64,000 nucleotides of DNA from Marsupella aquatica. Lineage: Eukaryota > Plantae > Marchantiophyta. Made by a program: the position numbers and the translations under genes. The stretch is from NCBI GenBank assembly GCA_973895155.1, contig OZ316895.1, positions 12,833,363-12,897,362 on the forward strand. The letters are read 5' to 3'. Shown piece after piece: positions 38,101 to 51,700 of the stretch; positions within the stretch are counted from its first letter, which is position 1; each line of letters starts with the position of its first letter. The notes beneath the pieces are model-generated. The model made no database searches. It saw nothing but the letters and a program-made list of their open reading frames with translations, and was not told the origin of the DNA.

Positions 38101-40768
38101 CATCCACTGCACCACAGATACACCCACTGATGCTTAGTTACATTTTGGTACAGTGTCCATCAAATTAGGTTTACCAGTTTCTTTGAAATGGTTAGAGTGA
38201 ACACTGCCTTTTCCGAACAGAAACGAGGCTGACTTGATCCGAGTTTGATCAAGTTTCAGATCCGAGACAGGATGTTGGTAGTGAAGTTTACCGTCTTGTG
38301 GTGCAGTTGCGGAGTCAGTGAAAGGGTATACGGCATAGATCTCGATGGCGTTGATAATGGGACCCAGCTTCGAACCTATGGACTTGAGCCCTGTGAAGGT
38401 GAAGTTGGCCAGATTGCTCACATTCCAATTCTGGTAGTACTGCTCATAGGCAAAATGGGGTGCGATCGCGACCTCTGTCTCCCCATTCATGTCAATGCGG
38501 AACATGCGATCGCCGAGAGTAGAATTTGCAATGATCTCTTCGTAGTATATAGCCATGTAGACGTTGCTGACGGTCTTGTCCAACGGAAACCAAACTGAAA
38601 CTGTAGTATCAGGATTGCCGTAGTTCCAAGCGTTTTGCATTACTTTTGGGGGCACATTGTTCGCGCTGGACTTCGTGTAGGTCGCAACTTCGCCCGTCGA
38701 ACTAGGGAAACCCGAGGCCCAGTCGCCAGGAGTGAGCCACAGGCGGTCGAAAGGATCATCCGGGTACCTGGATGCCCCAGCCCACAGGCGAGTTACTGAC
38801 ATTGCACATGACGCCCACAACGCAGAATGAAGATCAATGCGCAACAATTAATGCATATATATTGCAGCAAACGGCGGACTGACTTCCAAATGATTTCGGT
38901 CAATGCCTAGATGGGCGTGAACTTAATCAACTTTTACGAGAGTCAATCTGGTGTGAACTTAATCACCTGTTACGAGAGTCAATCTGCTCAATGAAACCTG
39001 ATGAACTATTGCATGCATGCAAGTAATCAATCGATGCATGATTACATACTTGCATGCACGTTATAAGACGTACCAGGAATTTGCACGCTACCGCACCAAG
39101 CCCAGTGCAGACGGAATAATTAGTTTGTGAGATTCTGTCTCTACAAGTAATCGAAATGATTCATAGAAGAATCATGTCAAGAGGAAACGGGAGTGGAAGC
39201 GATACTACATATATAGCACACATGACAGGCAGGGAGTTTCCAGCTGCAATACCCATAAATCATATGTACAGTGACCAGATAATCAAAGGCTGACACCGTG
39301 CCAATTGAATCGGGGCAGGTGATTTTCAATTCGATGTTCTCATGGTGGTTAATTTCGATTGTAAGATATATTCCTGATTAGAAGTGTATCATATATGATC
39401 GATGGAGCTGCTGTAGATTAGTCATACTGTATCAGTCACGCGAAGCATCTGGAAGACTGAGGAGGAATTACAGAAAGCTGGGAGGATTAAAGCTGACCTC
39501 GCAGTGGGAGTTCCCAGTTGAGCACCACAGTTAAATCGCCAAACATTTCGGAGAACCAGCCCGGTGCTGCCTTCGAAGGAGTACATGGCGCCATTGGGGT
39601 CAAGCTCCCGAACTTCCAAGGACGAGATGAATGGAACGCCAGAGTGAGTCACTAAGCAGAAGTGGATCAAGCGTCCAGGAGAAAAGACGATTCCCTCCCA
39701 AGAAATGGGCGTCGACAGATAGCTGCTAGTGGTACCCCAATCATATGTCACACTCAACAACACAGTATCGTTCACGGCGATATCGAACACGAGTGGGAGA
39801 CTCATCAGCTCGGGGGCACTCCCATGCAAGAACATGGCGCGAAGCAAGACAGAAGTATTGCCAGTTGTTGGCAGCTCATAACAATGCTTACTTCGGCGAT
39901 CTGGAAAGTATCTGAAGGTTTGAAGGGCTTCGTAGTTGTCGAAACTAGTGTTCACAGGGAGAGGGACTTGTCCGCTCATCCCTGTGGATGTGTACTTGCT
40001 ATCACCTTCCCAAGGGAAATTTGTGACAGCATCCTTGTACTGACTTGTTGCTCCGCAGTCGATGCTCAGGAATCCTACGATCACAAACAAAGTTTCTGTG
40101 AATTATAGCTAACCAGCACAGGAAATTATCCTCCAGTCAAATTGGATCCAAATTAATAGCAGCGTCTGTGTATTTCAGCCAAAATGGCCTGATCGTAACG
40201 TCAACTAAGCTAGACAACTGCAAAATGGATGTTATCCTAGGTGTGGTGTGCTTTCACTCGGGAAGTAGGGATTTTCACAATTTGCACTTAGTGTGAGAGA
40301 AATAGTTAATTTGCAGGACCCGTCAAACCTTTGAAGCAGTTGGCGTTCTTTGCGTTTCTTCGATTCCGAGACATCAGCAAAAGAGAGAAGATTTTTGCTA
40401 GTTTTCGTAGCTGCAGCTAGTCATCAATGGGGACCAAAGTTTACCACATTGCTAGATCTTGATGTGAATGTAGACATTTACTGAATACTAGATATATTCA
40501 GGTACGGTGACAGGATATAAAACGCATGTTTGGTGAACTTTTCGAGTAAACTTTGACGATTCTGAACTTCGATTCGTAGCAGGTGATCGACCGGACTTAA
40601 TCTGCAACAGACCCAAATTTGCTAGAAGGAATGAATTGATGAATGGACAAGAAACGAACCAGATATGCTTTGCCCTTCAATGCTGACGCAGACCGAGGAC
40701 AAAATCAGCCCGAGGAATAGACAGCTTCCCCGACAGCTTCCAGCTCGGAATACATCCCATTCCCCCAT
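32137..40768 (-). CDS. Malectin-like domain / LRR receptor-like Ser/Thr kinase (LRR-RLK I type), copy 1
   Basis: Signal peptide exon 40660-40768 (MGEW...[16 protein letters not shown]), GFLSIDCG (from 40074), [24 protein letters not shown], three LRR exons (~37285-37356, ~36741-36812, ~36490-36560), TM exon (~35776-36004), and kinase motifs [41 protein letters not shown]. No lesion seen. Confidence 0.93.
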
Positions 40769-42014
40769 CCCACCTCAAATGTCCTCTCGTACGTACAGAC
40801 GGCTGTGGTTACACCCCCTGGTTTATGGACTGCCAACTAGTTCCTTGCGCATCCTCTTCTATTCGGGAACTGCTCCACGAGCGAGAACGGTGATGCACCT
40901 AGAATCCAACGCGGGTTGCTCCATTTTACTCCGATGAAAGGGTCTGGCTCTGACAGGCCGCGATGCTTTCCATTCTTCCATTGCATTCACCCGCATGAGC
41001 TTGCCCAGCTATGTAGACAATTAGTTCCACCGGTTGTTTGCACTCAGGGGTTCAAGGAAATAGACGAGGTCTGTCGAGATCATCATCTTACAATTTCTAC
41101 TACTACCCGCGATCCAAGTCTACGCTCATGACGTTCGTAAATTTGGATATTTAAACAGTGCTTGTGAGGCATAAGATTCTGGGTATTATAAGAAGCGCTT
41201 TCTGTGCGTCTCACCACTGCTTTGACTCAGCGATTGGACAAGTTGCTACCGCAATGAAATCAAATGCCATCCACCTGCGAGCTACACAGCCAGCTGTGAT
41301 GGATTGGCTTGACACCAATAAATTTAAATATTCTGGGACCAGAGATATAATTATGTGTGCGAAAGGTTGCAGCCTTCCTCGAAAGTCACCATAGGTGTTG
41401 ATGAGGCAACTTGCTAGCAAGCAATAATGACGCCTCAGAGTCAACAAGTCCAGGAAAGTCTAGACCGTGTGAAACACATCCTGATACCCGGAGAGTGCGC
41501 TGACATGTGAAGCTTCTCCAATTGCGAGAACAAGCAGATTCGTCTGACTCCGAATGTCAATAAATTGCTGTTCAGATTGAACTTAATTAAAATAGAGTCC
41601 AGTACTCCAGCACCGTCCATGTGGGAGCCACAATGTACAATCTGATTGTTCAGGACTGTAGGTTCGTCAGAATTGAGACCTACAATCCTTGTTGATGAAG
41701 CGCGTCCATACGAATCCTACTTACGTACAGTAATAAGAGCATCTCCAGCAGTACATCTCGAGCGGTAGCCAATTTCTCCTTTGTCAGCAGCCAACGATGG
41801 GGGTGAGGTTCTCCAGGGCCCACGAACAGTTTCTAGGAAGAGCTTTCATATTTTCTAGGAACAGCTTCCCCAAATTTTGTAGTCGACTATCTTATCTCAG
41901 GCCAACACATTTTCTAGGAAGGGCTTTTAATTATGGACTCCCATTAGGGGTCCTTTCTAAAATTACTGGTTTCACAGTGCACCACATCATCATGCATGCT
42001 CCAAACAGGAAGTG

Positions 42015-42150
42015 ACTTGTTTTTTAATAAAATTAACTTCCGTAGTCGTGTTTGTGGCAACTTGTTTTTTAATAAAATTAACTTCCGTATTCGTGTTTGT
42101 GGCAACTTGTTTTTTAATAAAATTAACTTCCATATTCGTGTTTGTGGCAA
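42015..42150. repeat. 45-bp tandem repeat x3
   Basis: ACTTGTTTTTTAATAAAATTAACTTCCGTATTCGTGTTTGTGGCA at 42015, 42060 and 42105. Confidence 0.92.
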
Positions 42151-42657
42151 TGCCTCATTTCAAAATGTTTCACGGTGAAGGACCCATCCAAACCCTCCAA
42201 ACCTTGGGCCAGAACCACTCACAACCTTGATCTATTTGCATGTCTGACCCGCTATTACTAATGCTGGGCCCTAGGGATATATGTGGAAGTTGAGAGTAGT
42301 TGCCCTTGGAGGTTGAGAGCTACAAAGAAATCCATAACAGATACTCGAGGTTCTCACTATATGGAGGCCTCCTCATCACCTGTGAGTCCTTGGACCCCCT
42401 AAAATGTAAGGAATTTTTTATTTTTTTAAACCCCTACAAAGCTAGAATATTATTAAAATATTACAAAATTTTGATTAAAAGGACCCTATTTAATGTTCTT
42501 ATAAGTCTCAAATTAGATTTCAAAGCCTCTGACTAATGTTCTTTGGAGAATTAAAATTCTTAAATCTTCCCTTTGAACCAATAAAAGTATCTTATCTTTT
42601 GTCACACTTGATCATGTGCCATTTTTGAGAAAATGAAACCCTTGAAAACATATACAA

Positions 42658-43680
42658 TTTTTTTACTTTTATTTTTTCCTTTTTTTCCAAAGAAGCCGGA
42701 AAAGGGCGGGAACCCGAGACACCCAGGCGCACTGCTCCGAACGAGGCAGCACCCAAAAAAACCAGCAAGAACACTAATAGGGCCAGAAAACCCGTTGCAG
42801 CCACCAGGTGGTAGCCATGAACGCCATCCATTGAGTCGTACCGCTATGCTGTCCTACTCTGTACTGAACTGTTTGACTGTGACTATTTGTCGTCTTGCTA
42901 AAACTATTGTTGTTTTCACTTTCACTTCTATTCCTGTCTTGCTGACTATAGTTCCAGTGATTAGTCTTCCGTTTGTAGTGTCCCTTCTTGCCACTCCACT
43001 TGGCGAGTGTAATCCTAGAGCCAATCTTTCTATGGTTAGTCTTATTCATTATCTAAATCCTGTGAAGTGGCAATAGGGCTGTCAGTCTTGTTCCAAGGCT
43101 GGAGAATAGTCTTCAATTTAGTAAGGGTCATAGTTAGCTATCTACGTTTCTTAAGAGACGTACTAATCTCCACCATGGACAGAAGGTGAGCCGTTGGCGC
43201 ACGACTACCCAACCTGGTAATCTCCCCAGAAAATTGGAGTAAGTTGCAACATTCCTTTCTTTCCAGATACTGTTACCCAACTCAGCACACAAAATGATGG
43301 ATCCCGGTTTTTGTTTGTGTGTCTTGATCGCACAGGAGATTGCTTCAAACAGTGACAGATGGGAGAAGGTAATAGCCGTGAATCCCTGAACCAGAGTGTT
43401 CACATCGCCCCATCTCAAGTTCACTTTGCTGCAACCAAAAACAGGTGTTCGGTGTTCTCATAGCAGGACTTGCACCGGTGCATAGTCCATCACTTACTTT
43501 CCAGTGGCTGTCCCGTCTGTTAGTATAGAATCCGTGGTGAAGAAGTCTCCAGATCGTAAATCAGACCTTGGGGAGGGTCCATCCCCCCCATAGTTGTTTC
43601 CATAGTTATTTCCATTGTTCCATCGTTAGCTGTTGTCCCCATCTGCGATTCAGTTTGCTGGTGTCAAGAGTCGTAGGCCT
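42658..43680 (-). mobile_element. 5'-truncated, decayed L1-type LINE 3' fragment (zf-RVT region, 3' UTR, A-rich tail)
   Basis: Across frameshifts it reads KLNRRWG...WK*LWKQLW / IWRLLHHGFYTN...GLC / RCKSCYENTEHLF / CSKVNLRW...IWKERN. An A-rich minus-strand tail lies at 42658-42687. Confidence 0.75.
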
Positions 43681-44646
43681 GGAACAATGGACATATACAA
43701 TTAGCATAACAAAAACATGCTTGCAACACACCTTTGAGCAATTAGCTGACCCCTACTTAAGGAAAATGCATAGACGTGAGCACTATCTAAGGCAAAATGC
43801 ACAATGGTTCTGATAGGCTCACAAAAAAAGTTATGAGCCAAATTGACTATGTTTCCTATAGATATTGCATAGGGCTATCCACAGACTATGCTGCCAAGAA
43901 TGAACACTTGAAGGGCCTGGATGAAGATGAATTGAAACAGACTCACTTGACCTCATACCAGCCCCAATACCAGCATAATATCCAAAATCCTTGAGAGTGA
44001 TATGGTAAGAGTCACAATTACAGGCCATTTGACAGCCATCTGGACATGTTGTTTGTCTGCCCTTCAACATATATGGAATTGAAAGCATTCCATCACCGTG
44101 GGGGTGGGATCTGGGGCCTGAACTCAATGCGGTAGGCGGGGCGGTAGGGGTGATTTTGGGAGAAATATTTGCAGTTGGAGAGGGACAGGCGTCTGATGCA
44201 ATCTGGGCTGTCCATCTCAAGAAATATAGCTCGAGTGGTCCTGTAATGGTTGCTTTTGTGGCAGTTCAGTAAAGTTTTTAGAAACTGCGGCATGTTAGTC
44301 ATTACCATCATTAGTTTCCATGACAATTAAATAAATCTCAGTTTACCAGAAGGACTATTTGTGGATAGTCAGAGCAAAAGCACATGTATGTTGAGGTAGG
44401 CCAGCCTATAGTCAAATAGAGTCAAGGCACAAACACTCTTGGAAAGATGAAAAGAGAGTAGCATTGTTGTTTACTTGTTACATTTTCCTATGTGGTGTAA
44501 TATGTAACATCTTTTTTGAGAAAAATAGAGGGTATGCTTAGGTCCATGGGGGTTGTGCAAGTCCATCCACACAGTTGCCCCACTTCCTGTTCTTAAAGTT
44601 GTAAAACACACAATACAATAGTGCCAACAACTGCAAGTCAGTGTGA

Positions 44647-44758
44647 GTTTGTTTATGCCCATTGGGATTTTGTTGCTTGTCCCATCTACAATTACAATAC
44701 CAGTTTGTTTATGCCCACTGGGATTTTGTTGCTTGTCCCATCTACAACTACAATACCC
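44647..44758. repeat. ~55-bp tandem duplication
   Basis: GTTTGTTTATGCCCA(T/C)TGGGATTTTGTTGCTTGTCCCATCTACAA(T/C)TACAATACC occurs twice. Confidence 0.85.
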
Positions 44759-45736
44759 AATCCCCCCAAATTTTGTTCGTCATCCGCTTACAAAAACAGT
44801 TCTGAGCGGGAATGATCAGCAGCGGTCGGATTCGTTTGAGCCTTTTCCCTAACCGTTCAATGCAAAAAGGGGCAAGGTAGGGGTACTCCGTCCTCCCGTC
44901 GGGCCTGAGGCAGGGGAATGCCCGACTGCCCACAACTCCCTCCCTCATAATTGACTTACGCCATGCTGCCCAGTACCCAGGAGTGGAGCCAATACGCAAC
45001 CTAACCAGTGCCCATGACTCCTGCCAGCCCATCGCTTTCTCACTCACCCAATTTTTCTCACTCACCCAATTGTGCAATTGTGCAATGCACAAGCATGGCA
45101 CTCCTTTTCCATAAAATGTGAGGCAACTTGAGGTTTGAGGATGGTTGCAGTGCCTTGATTCTCGGATGAGGTTATGGTCCATAATCTTGAATGGAAATAC
45201 AAAGCAAAATTTTCAAGGAGGGTCACTTGGTTTCCAGTCACTCTAAACCCTGCCTAGTCCCTTCAGGTTTATCTCAACATAGTTGCAGGTTGTGGCGTAG
45301 TCAGCCTTAGTAAACCTGGTAACTTTCCTAGTGTTAGTGTGTGACATGTGACGGTACCATACCTGAGGGACACACCAAGCCATCTCTTACTTTTATCGTA
45401 ACATCTCTGGGCAAGTCATGGTGGCGAGGTCCGACCAGCCAAATTTCGCATTGATCGACACTCCGCATCCAACTCGTCCTGGTTTTCTTCCAGTTTCTGC
45501 GAAAAATGGGTTTCATCATCACTCGGTTGGCTTACTAGCTCGACAAGATTGGAATCCAGTGTACATTTAGGGGCCGCTCGTCGGTCCACCTCAGTGCTTG
45601 CTTTGTAATCCCAAGAGGCCCGCCAAGAGGACACTCGATTAGCAATATGTGCGTCCCTAAACAACGCTCAGGACGAAACTCAACTACTTTCCCAACTAAT
45701 TTAATGCAGTGGTGCTAGCTTTTGTAGTAGCTTTCA

Positions 45737-48700
45737 TCATGGCAAGCTTCGATAGCCATTAGCTTTGTTGGATGTAACCATAAAGGAGTGAGATTGTGGA
45801 GCAAGCGGGCTGTGAGGACTCCACGTTTTCTCGAACCCAATGGCTTCATTAATATCGTTCAGTACTTGCGTAAAATCTGGCCTCTTTGCTCCAATTGGAT
45901 CTATGCACGAGAGTGCTACATCTGCGATTCTCCACATCGATTCTGGATTGTACGTTCCTTGCAGCTTAGGATCAGCCAAACCTTCTATGTCGCTTCTTTC
46001 CACCAACTTTCGCACCTGTCCCCACATCAGTTGGTTTGAGACGATCAATTAGGTCACTCACAGGGCCAGCCTGCGCGATTTGAAATGTGCATTGGAAGGA
46101 CCGAATTCTAATAGAGGTCAAGTGTGGCCAGCCTTAATTATCTGCATCAATTCAGCTAATGGTGTATCCTGTATCAGGTCATGATGATAAAGTGGGGTTG
46201 CAAGTGTGATGGGACTATTGGAGTAAGTCAGTCCCAGAAATTCTCCCTTTCCTGTAAGAAGGAGAATGGCCAGAGGTAGATCCTACATCCTTGAGCAATC
46301 AGGTTCTGCGACCGTTCAAGTCCTTGAATGATTGCTCTAAGTAAATAATAATTGCATGAGAGATAACAATCTATGCAAAACGAGGATGAGTTAACACAAT
46401 AGTGGCTTACCCGGTCAACAAGAATGATTGATGACCCGTCAGTTGAGTTCTCACTGAAAGGAGGAAGCCCGGTGATGATCTCTGCCAGAACGACACCATA
46501 GCTGTAAACATCGCTTTTGTAAGTCGGCTTTCCAAGCTGTTGGTACCTGATAGAATCAATTTCCATGAAATGGGCACAGAAGAGGTGAGATTAATAAACG
46601 GCATCCTACATGAATTTTTAAAACACGGGGTTGCAGTCGTGTTAACCTGCAAGTAGGCTGTAAATGGCCTCTAGACCCCAACAAAGCACAGTAGGATTAT
46701 TATCAAGTGGACTGCTGACTAACTTCTTCGGAGATTTGCAAATCTCAGCCCCATTCAAAGAAAGCATAAACGCATGCACATTTAGGCCTACGCCAAAGAC
46801 TTTCACAAGTCGTCAAATACTTGGTCCCAATGTTTTTGCCCTGTTCACCTCTTGGCCAATGCTTGCAAATGCGATATGATTGACTAACCACCAAAAAACA
46901 AGGAGGGAACGCGTCCATGTGATCACATTTCATTTTCTCTACATTATTATGCCTCTTGTGCATTCCCCTTTCCTTTAGTACTTAAAAAGGTGCAGTCATT
47001 CATTCTTGATCGCCAACGACTGCAGATGCATCTGAAGATCACGGTAAATTCTTAAATTGGTACGAGTGAGACATACTCGGGATCGAGGTAGCCGGGCGTG
47101 CCCTTGATAGCCGTGGAATATCCAAGGCTGTTCTCACCAGTTGTTGATTTTGAGATCCCAAAATCAGCAACCTTTCCTGCCATATTTACGTCGAGAAGTA
47201 TGTTGCTTGACTTCACATCACGGTGAATAATGGTTGGATCACATGCTTTATGTAAGTATTCCAGACCTGCAGGCCAATCAGAAATCATGTCATTAAAATC
47301 ACTCTCAGCAGGAAGAACAAGCTCATGCCATATTGACTTTGAGACTAAATTATCAACTAAAGCAACTAGCCACTTTTAGCTACCTTTGGCTGAATCCGCT
47401 GCGATTTGAAGCCTTCGTTTCCAATCTAGTGTGCCCCGAGTTTTACCGTCGTCCAAAGCTTTTCCTAAGTCATCCACAATAAACAAATGATGCACAAGGC
47501 TACTCAGACGAGAGATTAAAGTTCAATAGGAACTATGAAAAGTTTAGCGGCAACGCTTGCTGACATGAGTTTCAATATTATTGATTGGCCCTTCGTGTCC
47601 AAGTGAGGGTATGAGAAAGGAGACGCGCGGCGTGAACTAACTGACGAGCAAAATATTGTGGACGATAACAGAAGCAAAGGCTTTTGCTACACTGTCAACT
47701 GAGTGGAGCGAGCAGAAGTTTTGTTTGTTTACCGTGAAGCCATTCTCGCAATGTTCCATTCGACTGGTATTCGTAGATTAAAATGAGTTGTGTTCCCTCA
47801 TCGCAGTAGGCAATGAGAGACACGAGGTTTCGATGGTGTACTCTTGTGAGAATATCAACCTGTGCACATTAAGAATTGTTTTTTCCGTAAGCTTATCATG
47901 TACTTTTCGCAAAGAATTCATATGATATATGCCCCTGCAATGCATAAAGTAAGCAACTAGGCATCTTCTACATATATATTGTAGAACTTTAGTCTTCTAA
48001 AACGGGCCCCCGAACTCAGTCTTCTAGTTCAATTTCCTCATTTAATATATCGACCTGTTCAAAACCACGTTTCATCGTAGAGAGAACGTACTTGACTAAC
48101 AACACTTGATTGAGGCTTTGTGAAGACGTGACTTCTTGCTTCGCCTATATTTAAGAAGATTTTCTCTCTGGCTAAGTGAACATACGACATCATATGTCAG
48201 AAAGCAAGGGAAGAACCATGAAGCCAAGTTACTCCTCATACATACCTCTGTAAGGAACTCGTTGCGACCTTGCGGAGATTGAACGTTATTTAGTTTGACA
48301 GCCACTTCTGTGTTGTCGAGCCGTCCATGGAACACAGACCCGTATGATCCTTGCCCAATTTTCACACTGAAATTGTTTGTTGCAATTTTCACTTTCTCGT
48401 AGGAAACGCGTCCCGCTTCTGTAGACTGTAGGACTAATGGAGATTTGCCTATGAAAAGGGTCGAAATCAGAAGAATGCCTCAAAGACGCTTTGCTTTTCC
48501 GGAAACAAGCTCCATATTAATTAGGACGAAGAGACGTCAAAACATGTGTTTTAATACTCTGTGTTCTACATACAAAATTTTTCTATTCGTGTTCTACTAA
48601 GCTACCCCCACAAAACTCTGAAGTGCGCCAATGAAACTAGTTTGATCACAAAGTTGCCCCACTAATATAAATCTGAAACGCATTTCCAACAATCCTAGTA

Positions 48701-51700
48701 CTATGGTATTTCGTGGCTGTTGGATTGATCAAAGCCGGAAATTTCGCATCTAAATTAATATTGGGGCAATACAGTTATTTTTATAAGGTAGCAAGTAAGC
48801 TGGTTAAAACGATTGAATGTCGAAACCCATACTTAATACGCGGAACAATATCTTTGCCAAGAAGTAACCAGGAAACTGAAGCCATGACACATTCATGAGA
48901 GCGAGAAATATTAAAATGCTTACCTGGAATCACAATTTCCTCTTTCTTCTGTCTTTTCTTCAAGGAATAGTAGTAAAGTAGTATACCAATTACAATTCCA
49001 AACACCAGAACTCCGCAAGCTACAGCACCGATGATGACTCCCATGTTTGCAGACTTCTTTGAGGCTGGGGTGGGTGAGGTCGATGAGGCTGGGGTGGGTG
49101 AGGTCGATGAGACTGGGGTGGGTGAGGTCGATGCGTTCAACAAGCTATTCCCAGAATAGCTACAAATCACGGACAATGCTACGTTATGAATACATGGAGT
49201 TTAGAGTAAATTGCAGTCCCATTTGAGTTGGCTGAGGCCAAAAACCCATTGATGATCAAGATGTTTTACTGAATTAAGCGAGAAAAGTGCCCAGTGAATG
49301 TGAAGAAGACGATGTTACATACAAAAAGTGATTTGGCCCCAATTTCTGTAGAAGCGCAGGTGGTACTTCCCCCGAAAGGTTGTTGTCATTCAATGAACTA
49401 CAAAACAAATAGGAAGGACGTGATCAGAAAAACCAACTCTTGCTGTTTAGTTCATTGATCCACAAAGAGTCGTCAACTCGATCATACATGCACACATAAA
49501 CGCCAGTTTTCAGCTTTTGACTCTAATCTTGATGAATGGACGTCGAAAATTTCTTACTAGCTTTGCAAAAAAACCAAGTCTCACAGCATTGTAATCGAGT
49601 AAGAGGTTATCCTCAGCATTCGCTAAGTAAGAAACTTACAGAATAATAAGATAAGGGAGGGAGGCCAAAGAATTTGGGATCGACCCATACAACCTGTTAT
49701 TGTCTAGGCGACTGCAAAACATCACAAGAGAAGGAAATGTTAGCCAAACTAAAAATATTATCCTGCAGTTGAAATCAAACAATACAAATCAAATGAATCT
49801 CCATCCCCTTTTGAGGTCAGATGCGATCCAAAGAGACCTTTGTTTGGAAGTAAAACGTTTCACTCTAAATGTTTGTCCTTCTGGGAAAAATAGGATCTCC
49901 TGCAAACTTGGGAATAGTATCTGAGCACAAAGTTTGGGCTGGAGATGCCATGCAAGACTATAGCTTCGACTTTGAGAGCCATCCTATTTCTTATTATTTG
50001 TTTTATATTTGGAAATGGAACAGAACACATGATGAAAATGTGGCCCATATATGATTTTTAGAGTCTTACATTTCTTTCAATGCTTCAAGGTTTGATATGG
50101 TTGGAGGGATAGAAGCATCGATGCCCATACTTGACAACAATCTGCAAACGAAAGGTCACCCGGTCAGTATTTCAAGAAACATATTTCTATCCCTATTTCA
50201 TGAGGTTTGATCATCGTTCACCATTGTTCTCCCTAAGATGATTGATAGTCTACTTCAGTAAGTGGGGAGCACACCATCATATTTTCTGCTACATATCTCA
50301 CAGGCGTGTCATTAATTTCTCATGATTCCTGTTGGGCTCACTGGTTTAGCATGAATGCCCAGTTCATGCTCTAAACTGCACTTTGAAATGTTTTTGGCTT
50401 GTTGTCGAACAAATTGAATCTTTCAAATTCAAAGCTAGAGAAAACTCACAATTTATCCACCCTTGCCGTAATGTCTGATGTGCAACTCACCCAATCCCAT
50501 GGTACTGGATAGCATGGGTCCCCTTGCCAATCTGTCAAATTAAAGCTTACCTGCAAAGCTGCTAAAGCCTCCACTGCACCAAAGATATCCCCACTCATTC
50601 CTTAATTTCATGACCTCGAGTGAAGTTCGTGTACATACCCAGGAATTCTCCTAGATTGTTTGGTCCTTCTTTGTCACGAGGTAGTGTAAATAGAGTATTC
50701 GTTATTTCATCACCAACTGTCGTAGTCCTCACGTATGTCGAGCAGCTAGATTGCAATTTCTTCACAAAAGCTCTGTACGTAATGATTCACTTGGCAACTA
50801 AGCAAGGCATGCAGACCGACCAAGTATAGTTCAGTGATCGCAGAGGACATATGGGGATCATGGCAGACCATGGGACTAAGATTATGTTTAAGTGAAGCGT
50901 ACCATCTTTTGCTGCGGTAGCGGAGTCGTTAAACGGATTAATGGCATACACTTCGAGGGCGTTGACGATCGGACCCAGAAGCGATGTAGGGAGCGCCGTG
51001 AACACGAAGCCCGTCTTCGCCTGGACGGGCCAATTCGCGTAGAAGAGCATGCGCGTCTTGCCCGTTACGTTTGTTACGTCTGTTACGTCTCCATTCATGT
51101 CAATGGAGAACATGCGATCACCGGCAGCAGCACCCGGCTTGATCTCTTCCATGTAGACGGCAATGTAGACTGAGTAGACGGTACTTGGGAAACTAAAGTT
51201 AAACGCGATCTGAGCAGAGGCGTCGTTCTGCAGCCAAGCATCTTGCATTACTTTCGGGGGCACATTGTTCACGGATGAGAGAGTGGTGGGCTGTACTACA
51301 CCCGTCGAATCTAAGTTTGCCAAGCTTGCGGACCAAGATCCCGGGGTTTTCCAGAAGCGATCGTATGGATCGTCCGGGTACCTGCACATGCCCCCAGTCC
51401 AGCCATGTCCAACAGTGATTAGTCGCCTAATGTCCAAATTGCTCTAGGACCTCAAGCTGGAGCATGCACCCGCTGGGTGAATGAAATGTCGCGTCAATCG
51501 ATTTTCGATATGATTGTATAATGACGTCTCGTCACGTTTATCCAGTCTGTATAATAAGTAGTGCGATCAGTATCAAGTTATTGAAATGGGCAACTGCGGA
51601 TTGATACGATTAAGATGTGGGCAAATGAAGCAGGATTTTTCGAAAAAAGGACAGAGAGGCCAGGGTAGAGCACATTCAGGCATTATCCAGAAAGTACCTC

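Noticed and set aside
40859-40955. Conserved-peptide uORF in the RLK leaders
   Set aside because: The DNA is similar to 53395-53465 but the uORF peptides and frames differ; recent duplication explains the similarity.
41737-43113. PIF/Harbinger (Tourist) MITE from TAA-GAGCATCTCCAGC
   Set aside because: The candidate right end (GCTGGAGAATAGTC) is a poor match and lies inside the LINE remnant.
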